Assembly: GCF_963921235.1 (NCBI RefSeq)
Contig: NC_086118.1
Span: 21,640,001 to 21,704,000, forward strand
DNA from: Mobula hypostoma
Lineage: Eukaryota
DNA: 64,000 bases
Direction of reading: 5' to 3'
A model generated the notes under the pieces. It did not search any database. It worked only from the letters and a program-made list of their open reading frames with translations, and was not told where the DNA came from. This document shows, piece after piece, positions 51,721 through 62,934 of this stretch. Position 1 is the first letter of the stretch. Every line of letters begins with the position of its first letter. The position numbers and the translations under genes are program-made.

Positions 51721-53505
51721 TAATTATTAGCATTTTGAGAATGACTTTTGGCTAAAAATCCGCTGCGTAGGTTGATTTTCTGACAAAGTCCTGGACCTCA
51801 TGTGCTCTATAGAAAAATTCTCTGCACAGAACATATGACAATACAACAGAGGATCATACCCTTCACACCACAATGTAGTTTTGGACAAATTTAAAGTAGT
51901 AATTAAATGACTAAGTAAAACCATAAGATATAGGAGCAGAATTAGGCCATTTGGCCCATCGAATCTGCTCCACCATTTCATCATGGCTGATCCAATTTTC
52001 CTCTCAGCCCCAATCTCCTGCCTTCTCCCCGTATCCCTTCATACCCTGACCAATCAAGAATCTATCAACCTTTGCTTTAAATATACATAGAGACTTGGCC
52101 TCCACAGCTGCCTGTGACAAAGAATTTCACAGATTCACCACCCTCTAGCTAAAGAAATTCCTCCTCATCTCCATTCTAAAAGGATGCCCTGCTATTCTGA
52201 GGCTGTGTCCTCTGGACATGGACTCTCACACCATAGGAAACATCCTCTTCACATCCACTCTATCATGGCCTTTCACCATTCGATAGGTTTCAATGAGGTA
52301 ACCCCTCATTTTTCTGAATTCTAGTGAATACAGGCCCAGAGCCATATGACAAGCCATTCAATCCTGGAATAGTTTTCATGAACCTAATGTGAACCCTCTC
52401 CAGTTTCAGCATATCCTTTTCAAGATAAGGGGCCTAAAACTCACCCATATTCCAGGTGAGGCCTCACCAGTGTTTTATAAATTCTCAGCGTTACATCCTT
52501 GCGTTTATATTCTGGTCCTCTTGAAATGAACACTAACACCGCATTTGCCTTCCTCACCACAGGTGCAACCTGCACATTAACCTTTTGGGAATCCTGCTAC
52601 AAGAACTCCCAAGTCCCTTTGCAACTCAGTTTTTTTGTATTTTCTCTCCATTTAGAAAATAGCCAACCCTTTCATTTCTTCTACTGAAGTGCCTGACTAT
52701 ATACTTCCCGACATTGTATTCCATCTGCCATTTCTTGCCATTCTCCTAATCTGTCTAAGTCCTTCTGTAGTCTCTATACTTCCTCAAAACTAGCTGCCCT
52801 CCACCTATCTTCATATCATCTGCAAACTTTGCAACAAAGCCATCAATTCCAGCATCCAAATCATTGACATATAACGTAAAAAGAATTAATCCCAACACAG
52901 ACCCAAGTGGAACACCACTAGTCACCAGCAACCAGTCAGAAAAGGCTCCCACTCTTTGCCTCCTTCCAATCAGCCACCGTTTTATCCATGGTAGAATCTT
53001 TCCTGTAATACCATGTAGCTTGTTAAACAGCTTCATGTGTGGCATCTTGTCAAAGGCCTTCTGAAAATCCGACTCCTTTGTCCATCTTGCTTGTTAGTTC
53101 TTCAAAGAATTCCAACAGCTTTGTTAGGCAAGATTCACCCTTGAGGAAACTATGCTGACTACTACCTAGTTTATCATGTGCCTCCAAGTACTCTGAGACC
53201 TCATCCTCAATAATCAACTCCAACATCTTCCCTACCACTGAGATTAAACTAACTGGCCTATAGTTTCCTTTCTTCTGCTTCTCTCCTTTCTTGAAGAATG
53301 AAGTGACATTTTCAATTTTCCGGACTTCTGGAACCATTCAAGATTCCAGTAATTCTTGAAAGATCATTACTAATGCCTCCACTATCTCTTCAAACACCTT
53401 TTTCAGAACTTTGGAGTGTGCACCATCTAGGTGACTTATCTTCCTTCAGACCTTTTCGTTTCCCAAAAACCCTCTCTGTAGTTGTGGTGACTTCACACAT
53501 TTCAT

Positions 53506-53714
53506 CAAAGTTGCTGGTGAACGCAGCAGGCCAGGCAGCATTTATAGGAAGAGGCGCAGTCGATGTTTCAGGCCGAGACCCTTCGTCAGGACGAAGGGTC
53601 TCGGCCTGAAACGTCGACTGCGCCTCTTCCTATAGATGCTGCCTGGCCTGCTGCGTTCACCAGCAACTTTGATGTGTGTTGCTTGAATTTCCAGCATCTG
53701 CAGAATTCCTGTTG
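53506..53714. mobile_element. Fold-back (palindromic) Penelope-like terminus insertion
   Basis: 85-bp inverted arms 53503-53587 and 53590-53674; 14-bp TSD ttcacacatttcat (53492-53505 and 53715-53728). Confidence 0.9.
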
Positions 53715-54149
53715 TTCACACATTTCATGCCCCCTGACAGCTGGAACTTCCTTCATACAGCTAATGTCCTCCACAGTGAAGAGTGATGCAAAATACTTAT
53801 TCAGATCATCCGCTATTTTGTTGTCCCCTATGATTACCTCTTCAGCATAGTTTTCCAGTGGTCTGATATCCATTCTCGCCTCTTTTACACTTTATGTATC
53901 TGAAGAAACCTTTGGCAACCTCTTTAATATCATTGGCTAGCTTACTTTCAGATTCTGTTTTTACCTTCTTAATGACTTTTTTAGTTGCCCTCTGGTGGTT
54001 TTTATAAGCTTCCCAATTCTCTAAATTACCACTAATCTTTGCTCTATTATATGCCCTTTCTTTGGCTTTTATGTTGACTTTGACTGTCCTTGTTGCCTAT
54101 GGTTGTGTCATCTTTCTTTTGGAATACTTCTTCCTATTTGGGATATATA

Positions 54150-54824
54150 CAGTCGTCCCTCAGCATCCGCGGGGGATTGGTTCCAGGACCCCCCGTGGAT
54201 ACCAAAATCTGCGGATGCTCAAGTCCCTTATATAAAATGGCGTACAATTTGCATATAACCTACGCACATCCTCCTATATACTTTAAATCATCTCTCGATT
54301 ACTTATAATACCTACTACAATGTAAATGCCATGTAAATAGTTGTTATACTGTATTGTTAAGGGAATAATGGCAAAAAAAAGAGTCTGTACATATTCAGTA
54401 CAGACACAACCATTGTAGCTCGTCTGGGAACGCTGATGCTGCCTCGGCATCAGCTGATGCCGATTTTCCCGTGATCTTTAAGTTCTTGAGGCTGTAGCGC
54501 TTTACGTAGCTAGCCAGCCATCCCTTACTAGCCTTAAACTCCCTCCTCTCGCTCACAAAACAAGTAGCGAATGAACGAGAGGCGAGGGAAACAATGCTCA
54601 AACAACGTGTGCTGGAGAGAGACTGAGGATCTGTGAAAATGCGGGAGGCTACAGTAGGGTATGTCTACACATCACTTCATTCGCGTGGATTCAACGTAGT
54701 GCTCGGCGCGCAGAAAATTCAAGTTTTGCTTTTTGGAACTTTCTAGAATTTTTCTTTGAATATTTTCGATCCGTGGCTGGTTGAATCTGCGGATGCGGAA
54801 CCCGCGGATATGGAGGGACGACTG
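54150..54824 (-). mobile_element. Non-autonomous TcMar-Tigger DNA transposon (MER2-like ends) with transposase remnant
   Basis: TIRs CAGTCGTCCCTC / GAGGGACGACTG; TA TSD; minus-strand FKASKGWLASYVKRYSLKNLKITGKSASAD (pogo/CENP-B-type). Confidence 0.92.
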
Positions 54825-54947
54825 TATATCCTGTACCTACCTAATTGCTTTCAGAAATTCCAGCCATTGCTGCTCTGCCATCATCCCTGCCAGTGTTGTT
54901 TTCCAATCAATTCTAGACAACTCTTCTCTCATAGCTCTTGTAATTTC

Positions 54948-55017
54948 CTTCACTGTAATTCTGATACATCTGACTTAAGGTTCTTCACTGTAATTCTGAT
55001 ACATCTGACTTAAGGTT
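54948..55017. repeat. Perfect 35-bp tandem duplication
   Basis: cttcactgtaattctgatacatctgacttaaggtt repeated twice. Confidence 0.9.
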
Positions 55018-55689
55018 CTTCTTCTCAAATTTCAGAGTGAATTCAATCATATTATGATCACTTTCTCCCTTAAGGGTTCTTTTACCTTAAGCTCTCTAAT
55101 CAATTCTGGTTCATTGCACAACACCGAATCCAGAAGAGCTGATCCTTTAGCGGGCTCAACCATGAGATGTTGTACCAAGCCATCTCATAGGCGCTTTAGA
55201 AATTCCCCCTCCTGGAATCCAGCACAAACCTGATTTTCCAAATCTACCTGCATAGTAAAGTCCTCCATGACTATTGTAACATTGCCCTTTTGGCATGCAT
55301 TTTCTATGTCCTGTTGTGATTTGTAGGCCATATCCTTACTACTGTTTGGGGGTCTGTATACAACTCCCATCAGGCTCTTTTTACCCTTGCAGTTCCTGAC
55401 CTCTATCCATAATGATTCAACACCTTCCAACTCTAAGCCATCTCTTTTTAATGATTTGATTCCATTTTTTACCAACAGGACAACACCACCCCCTCTGCCT
55501 ACTTGCCTATCCTTCCGATACAGTGTGCCTCCTTGGATATTAAGCTCCCAGCTGTAATCTTTCCGCCATGATTCAGTGACGCCTACAACAACACACCTGC
55601 CAAATCTGCAACTGTGCTGCAAGTTCATCTCCCTTATTCCGTATACTGCACACATTCAGGTACAACATCTTCAGTCCTGTATTCACATT

Positions 55690-55975
55690 TTCAATAGGTT
55701 TCAACAGGTACATTTAATGTCAGAGAAATGTATACAATATCCATCCTGAAATTCTTTTTCTTTGAAAGTAGCCGCAAAAACAGAGGAGTGCCCTAAAGAA
55801 TGAATGACGGTTAAATGTTAGAATCCCAAAGCACCCCCCCAGCTCCCCCCCATACACAAGCAGCAGTGAGGCAATGAACCCCTCCACCAGCAAAAAAAAT
55901 CAATGCCCTCCACCAGGCACTCTGCAGCAAAGCATCAATAAAGACACAGACTAGCAGCACCCTAAAGACTACTCA
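55690..55975 (-). mobile_element. LINE-type 3' tail inserted in the CR1
   Basis: Short-repeat tail tttcaataggtttcaacagg; CR1 sequence continues on both sides. Confidence 0.5.
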
Positions 55976-58562
55976 TTTTTGATTTTGTCCGCCTTTTACG
56001 TTGCAACTCATCCAGTTGACTGTAATTTTGCTCCATCATCAGTCAGCCTCTCCTCACCACACATTGCCTCTGTCTGTAAACCAGCTACATCATCTTCTGC
56101 ACTATTTCTGTGATACTCCAAGCATTGAAATATAGGCAGCTCAGGACACTCATCGCACCATGCTTGACCTTTTGATTCTTAACTTTGTCTGAAGTCTTAC
56201 CAACATCTGCCTCCACAATCTCTCTACTAACTATTCTGGCTCACTGGTTCCCTGGTTCCCATCCCCTTGCAACTCTAGCTGAATCCCCACCATGCAGCAT
56301 TAGCAAACATTCCAGCTAGGACACTAGTCCCCCTCCAGTTCAATGCAAACCATCCCTTCTGTACAGGTCCCACCTTCCCTGGAAGAGAGCACAATGGTCC
56401 AGTAATCTTATGCCCTCTCCCCTGCACCAACTCCTTAGCTACATATTAAACTATATCATCTTCCTAGTTCTAGCCACTAGCACGTGGCACGGGTAGCAAT
56501 CCTGAGATCACAACCCTGGAGGTCCTGTCCTTTAACTTAGCAGCTAACTCCCTGATCTGCTTATGCATTAGTACCTACATGGACCACGACTTCTGGTTGT
56601 CCACCCTCCCACTAAAGAATGCTGAGGACTCGATCCAAGTTATCCCGGACCCTGGCACCCAGGAAGCAACATACCACCCGGGAATCTCGTTCTCGCCCAC
56701 AGAATCTCCTGTCTGTTCCCCTAACTAACAAATCCCCTATTACCATAGAGTGCCTGTTCTGCCCCTTTCCCCCGAGACACAGAGCCAGACTCAGTGCCAG
56801 AGACCCTCACCACTGTGACTTTCCTCTGTTAGGTCATCTCCCCTGACAGTATCGAAAGTGGTATACCTGTTGTTGAGGGGGTCGCCCCAGGGGTACTCTG
56901 CACTGGCTCTTTAACCCCTTTCCCCTTCCTGACTGTCACCCAATTTCCTATGTCCTGCACCCTGGGTCTACGCAGTGTCCTAGGCTTCCATCCTCACACT
57001 TAAGAGCCTTTTAAATGCCTCTGCTGTGTTGCCTTCACTACCACCTTTAGCAGTGCATTTCAGGCACACCCATTCTGTGTGTAAAATAACTTGCCCAGCA
57101 CATCTCCTTTGAATTTGCCCATCTCAACTTAAATGCATGCCTTCTAGTATTAGACATTATAATCCTGGCTGTCTACTCTAGCTATGTCTCTCATAATCTA
57201 ACAAACTTCTATCAGATCTCGCTTCATCCTCCACTTATCCAGAGAAAATAACCAAAGTATTTCTAAACTCTCCTTCTCATCTAGGCAGCAGCATGGTGGA
57301 CCTCTTCTGCATCCTCTACAAAGTCTCCACATTCATCCTTCTGCTAATTTTCTCAGGAGAAAGTGAAGAACTGAACAGTGAACCAGTTGGCTGCTTGATT
57401 TGTTTGTGCCCCAGAGGATGAACTGTGCCAGGAAACGGAGCACTGGAAGAGCTCAGCAGATCAAGCAATATCTGTTGGAGGCAAAAGGTGATGGGCAACA
57501 TTTTGGGTGGAGTTGGAGGGATTAGGGGAAAGATTGCCAGTGTCCAGCAGTACGTGGGAGGGGTGAACCAGAGGCTGGTAAGTGATAGGTCGAACCAGAT
57601 GGGAAGGGAGTGATGGGCAGATGAAATCAGGTGGAGTTAGGGAGTAGGGAGGGGATGCGAGAGAGTGACAGTGGAGAACAAAGGCAGATGAAAACTAGAC
57701 GGACAGGTGAGTGTGTGTGGGAGAAGAACACCGAGGGATGGGGGGTGGTTGGCTGAAAGATTGAAATGTCTTTGTAATAAGCTGGAATGACCCCGAGGCA
57801 GTAACTACGCAGCTACAGTGACCTTGACAGCATTGCCTCCCTAATGTGAATGTTATCAATGGATAAGCTGACACAGTTTTTCACTACCTCCCTGCTGACA
57901 GGCAACTTTCAAATGCAGTTATTGTTGGACTCCTACATACGGCTGTACGGGTAAGGAAAGTCTCCCATCTCTGTCTGGTACTAATAAATTTGATTTGAAG
58001 CTCCTCTTTCATCCATTATCCTCAGCAAAAAAACATAAAAGGAGAAGAAAGGCCATTAGATTTCCCATAACGCAAACCAAGGGAAATTTCAAGGCATTAC
58101 TGGCAAAAATATGGGTGGGATTCGCCTTCAAACACACAGAAAAAAATCAGCTTTCATAATTTCGAATGAAGTCTTCTCCCCGTATTTGGAAATAAGAGCT
58201 CAACCAACCTCCTTCAATATGAGCGTGCTTTCATTGCGATCAAGCCTCTTTATCAAGAACGTCTTTCAGCCCTCTGTAACTGTGTGACATCTTTGAGTGA
58301 GGTCTCGCTGCCCTGGATTGTTATTCCCTGTGAAAACTTCATTTTTAGATGTTTATCAATTATTTGGAAGTTATTATTGAATCTACTGCTACCACTCCTT
58401 CTAACGAAGTATTTCAAATAGTAACAACTCTCTACATGTAATGCTTCTCCTGTTCCTTCAGTTCTTAGAATAGAGAACAGCGCAGCACAGTACAGGCCCT
58501 TTGGCCCATGATTGTTGAGCCAACCTTTTAATCTACTCCAAAAATCAATCTAAGTATTCCCA

Positions 58563-59208
58563 AACACGAGGAATTCTGCAGATGCTGGAAATTCAAGCAA
58601 CACGCATCAAATTTGCTGGTGAACGCAGCAGGCCAGGCAGCATCTCTAGGAAGAGGTACAGTTGACATTTAATTCCACATCCCATTCCCATTATGATATG
58701 TCTATCCACGGCCTCCTCTACTGTAAAGATGAAGCTACACTCAGGTTGGCGGAACAACATCTTATATTCTGTCTGGGTAGCCTCCAACCTGATGGCATGA
58801 ACATTGACTTCTCTAACTTCCGCTAATACCCCACCTCCCCCTGGTATCCCAACCGTTATTTATTTATATACACATCTTCTTTCTCTCTCTCTCTCCTTTT
58901 TCTCCCTTTGTCCCTCTGACTATACCCCTTGCCCATCCTCTGGGTTTCCCCCCCCCTCCCTCTTTTCCTTCTCCCTGGGCCTCCTGTCCCATGATCCTCT
59001 CATATCCTTTTTGCCAATCACCTATCCAGCTCTTGGCTCCATCCCTCCCCCTCCTGTCTTCTCCTATCATTATGGATCTCCCCCTCCCCCTCCCACTTTC
59101 AAATGTCTTACTAGCTCTTCCTTCAGTTAGTCCTGACGGAGGGTCTCGGCCTGAAACGTCGACTGTACCTCTTCCTAGAGATGCTGCCTGACCTGCTGCA
59201 TTCACCAG
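58563..59208 (+). mobile_element. Penelope-like 3' fragment (GIY-YIG C-terminus and terminus) preceded by an inverted terminus
   Basis: Inverted tail 58563-~58670, then FNSTSHSHYDMSIHGLLYCKDEATLRLAEQHLIFCLGSLQPDGMNIDFSNFR*; TSD ctaagyattccca (58550-58562 and 59209-59221); hammerhead motif 59129-59164 with core A9 changed to G. Confidence 0.9.
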
Positions 59209-60884
59209 CTAAGCATTCCCACATAGTTCTCCAATTCTTTCATCAGTTTTCTCAAATCTGCATCCCTGACTATCCTAGCATTGGGAAGAGCTTGGGACTG
59301 GAGTTCATCCTTTCTTGGCTGTCCCAAGTTGCCATTGGCTGATAGTTCCAAAGGAAATCAAGGCCTGATTTTTCTGGGACTCTTGAGAACTCTGCTGCAT
59401 CATCTTCATCCCCGTTCGACCCGTGTGAAACTTGGACTGGGGTTGTGATTCTAGTGTGCTCTCAGTACCTGCCAGAGTATTCTGGGCAATGACAGAAAGT
59501 CTCTGGGAGCCTAGTTACTATTGAGATTTCCTACATCTCTCTGGACAGCTCCGGGGTGCAGGGATTGATGCTTGGCCCAGGTGAGTCCAGGTGGACAAAG
59601 GTCATCAGCCTGACTCTGAATGTTTCTTTCTCTGCTGTTATTTCCTAAATTACTCAATCAAATTCCTTCATCATTTTGATCTTTTCTATTCTATACCTTT
59701 TCTATCTTAAGGAGAACAGTGCCAGTGCACCTCCCTCTTTCCTGGTAAAGCCTAACTGAACCCTAACAGTTGGCTTGGTATCCTTCCTAAAGTAACATAC
59801 CCAGAACATGACACAATTCTCTAGTTGCTGGCCCAAGCTGTAATTTATGCGGATTTAGGATAAACAAACTGAAATGAAATGGTTGCATGCCTTGTCTGAG
59901 AACATTACAGCTCAGCTGGAAGATGTCACGTGGTGCAAAGTGTGTGAATGTTCTATCTTCCTATTTCCTGGCCAATGATCAATCAAGGCTCCTTACAATA
60001 CTGCTCCTGACTAGGGTTTCCTAGTGACAAACTTGCTCCAAAACACATTTATTCAGCTATTTATTGCACACATTTGTTTTACCAACAATGTTGTAATTCT
60101 GATTATTTTACATCTGACTAGACAAATCATTAAAATGACATTGGTTGGGTGACAGTCCTAAGGGCATCTTTGCTATGTGAAGCCTGGACGTCATCCACTT
60201 GTGCCCATCAACAAAGGGGACACAAACTCTTGCCAAAGCACTTGAGTCTTAATCAGCTCTCCAACAAAATAATGAACTTGCAAACATTTCACAGGATACG
60301 AACAGAAAAAGAAAGAAAAGAAAGGGTCCCCGTTCGGGCTTCCAGGAATTTAAGAAAACTGCAGTTAGCTAAAACAAGGGAGTATAGAAAATGCTTGCCC
60401 CACCATGAATGAGTGATGAAGCTATGAATAGAAATTGCGAAGGAGTCAGCGGGAACCGGATTAAAGAAGGAGCCATAAATGTTTCAAACAGAAATAACAG
60501 CTTTGTTGGAGTAACTCTTGGAGAGGTTTACATTTCCAGTTTAATTGCGCCGACAAAGGAAGCAGTTCTGCTGCACAAGGTTGTGAAAAAAAAAAGAGTC
60601 CTTGGTGATGTTCTGCAGGGCCAGGTCTGTTTTCTTTTCATGAAAGGAAGATTGTCATCCAGTTTTAAAACAGGTTAGTCAAGAGAAAGAGCACCATTCA
60701 AAGACTTGAAATTCTACACAATTAGCCTTGTTTCTTAGCCACTTTCAGTTTAGGTGAGTTATATACGTAACCCCTTTCCGATGAATGAAAATACTAAAAA
60801 GGGAAATAACTTATGTTTCATTGCCCCCTACAATTCCTTTAAATGTATTGCAGATTCATTTTGTGATAATTACCACTCCACATA

Positions 60885-61133
60885 ATAAAAATGGCCCCAT
60901 GGACGACTTGGTTCGTCGTCAATGTTGCCGACATAAGCGTTCCGGGAGTTTGAAACATCGAGACCGCAGGCTGCTGTCGGAAGCCCCCTGCACTTGAGCG
61001 ACTTTTCTCTCTCTCTCGATGATGAGTGAGGGTCTGTTGGTCCTCGAGTCAGGGGACTCCGACAAGCAACGTGGCAGATTGTAACAGCAAAACAATGACC
61101 TGCTGGTCTGCTGCTCTTGTTTGTGGCAGGAGT

Positions 61134-61173
<40 letters not shown>

Positions 61174-61528
61174 CCCCTTGCTAGTGAGAGACATCCTGTC
61201 TGAGGTGTTGAAGTGTTGGGATGGGCAGTAGTTTTTTGATGGACTCTGGGTCATGGTCCCTTTGGAGTCTTGCATGGTGGGTGATGGTGGGGGGGGGGTT
61301 GGTCAGTGCTTTTTCTGGAGCAAGAGGGGTGGGGAGGAGGTGGGGAAGCATGATACTTTTGCTGCTGTTTGCGTGTGGGAAGGGCAGGGGGGCTTTGGGG
61401 TTCTTACATTTCTGTCATTCATTCTTTGGGTTTTTTTTCCCTGTTTCTTGGGTGTTTGCAAAGAGTAAGAATTTCAAGTTGTATGTTGTATGCATTCTCT
61501 GATATTAAAATGAACCATTTGAACTATT
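60885..61528 (+). mobile_element. Non-coding CpG-rich retroposon-like element with internal (CT)n
   Basis: Begins aaaatggcc; ends attaaaatgaaccatttgaactattt (short-repeat tail). Confidence 0.5.
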
Positions 61529-62386
61529 TTAAAAATATTCTAATCCTTCATTAAGGAAGTAATGTTGATAATAAGATGAAAAATTCATACTTAATTTTAT
61601 TTCTATTCAAAAGTTTTCAATTAAATTTTCCATTGAATATTATTCCATACAGCAGGTTTCATGAGATACTTGAAACTTCCGAGCTGGAAGATTCAGGTAA
61701 GGTATTTAGGTGACAATTGACACACAAGAAGAAACAGCATTGCAGTAGCACCTTGTGTTACATGTTGTATACATTGAAAAGCCTTGAGGAGATGCAAGAT
61801 GAGGTGCAATTTATCAGGCTTTGCTGAGATCAGAAATTTCGAAAGGTCAACAGACACACCCGTTTTGAGATTAGCAACTCCAGTCCAGCGTCAGACTTCT
61901 AAATATTTGAGGTGTTTATGAAAGGCATTCTTTTCTGGGAAGTAAAAACAGCAAATGAATTCAGCATTTCTTCCAAATGAACAGGATCGTAATAACTAAT
62001 AAAGTCTGTTTTCTAACAGTATTATTTGAATTGATGTCTCCATGGTAAAATAACTGAACTGTCCTGAAGCATTGTCCTGGGACAAAGGAGATTCAGCATT
62101 TCAGTCTCATACTTTTAGCGTACTTACAGAAGCCCAGATTTAATTTTATTAAGTGCTTATGATGCAAACAGTATGATCTCACATCTGGACGGCTGTGTTG
62201 GATTGAAGCACAGACTGAAGTAGGTCAAAGAAATTAAAATAAGAAACAACAAAGTTGTAAATAAAACTGTACTCCAGTAGAAGTTTGTAGTAGTTCTTGC
62301 TTAAGCTTAAGACTGAATACATCATCGTACATAAGCATACACAAATTGCAGAGAAGGTTGGCATTAATCAGCTGTCCCTTGAACAC

Positions 62387-62563
62387 AAAGAGAAGTTATA
62401 ATATGTTTGCTAATGTATTTGGACACTACATTTATATGTTTACATGTGAAGTCTTCAAGCCATTCTGGAGTATTCAGTCTGCAGCAATGGCTTGAAGACT
62501 TCACATGTAAATATATAAATGCAGTGTCCAAATACATTAGCAAACATATTATAACTTCTCTTT
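62387..62563. repeat. Inverted repeat 1: 78-bp arms, 21-nt spacer
   Basis: 62387-62464 versus 62486-62563, two mismatches. Confidence 0.97.
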
Positions 62564-62564
62564 A

Positions 62565-62733
62565 TGTAGCCATAATATGATCACAATTAGATAGGAAAGT
62601 CTGATTTTTTGTCTGCTTTGTAACAATTTAATATTGTCATCAACAATCTGTTGTTGATGACAATATTAAATTGTTACAAAGCAGACAAAAAAATCAGACT
62701 TTCCTATCTAATTGTGATCATATTATGGCTACA
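62565..62733. repeat. Inverted repeat 2: 82/83-bp arms, 4-nt spacer
   Basis: 62565-62646 versus 62651-62733, one homopolymer indel. Confidence 0.97.
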
Positions 62734-62934
62734 GGCATTGATATAAGTAGAATAGCATTACAAAAGTCATCGCTAAATATCTTGAAGTATCTATGCTGAA
62801 TAATTGCAGCTTGTATTTTCATAATCAAACAGATTTCGGAATGCTTCACTTTAACGGAGGACAACAGGACTGGAAGGATTACGTAAAAAAGAACAGGGTA
62901 AAGATTAGGTGAACTTAAGCATGTTGAAGGGACA

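Larger units (their letters stand above)
51920..56967 (-). mobile_element. Near-full-length decayed CR1 LINE (ORF1 esterase-like, ORF2 APE and RT) with nested insertions
   Basis: ORF1 VIGDLLVRGTDRRFCG...VCCFLGARV (~56640-56746); APE GVTESW, GRGGGV, VYRPPN; RT NYRPVSL, GVPLGSVLG, KFADD; CR1 tail at 51920. Confidence 0.92.

Noticed and set aside
59549..59586. Possible exon ending at a strong CAG|GTGAGT donor
   Set aside because: The acceptor is weak and the short peptide is unrecognisable.
60149..60678. Adjacent 87-aa and 89-aa ORFs as a host gene
   Set aside because: No recognisable domain or splice structure; lengths are within chance expectation.
62387..62733. Two adjacent MITEs as the explanation of the double palindrome
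   Set aside because: No TSDs or recognisable superfamily termini, and no other copies in the window; not fully excluded without a genome search.
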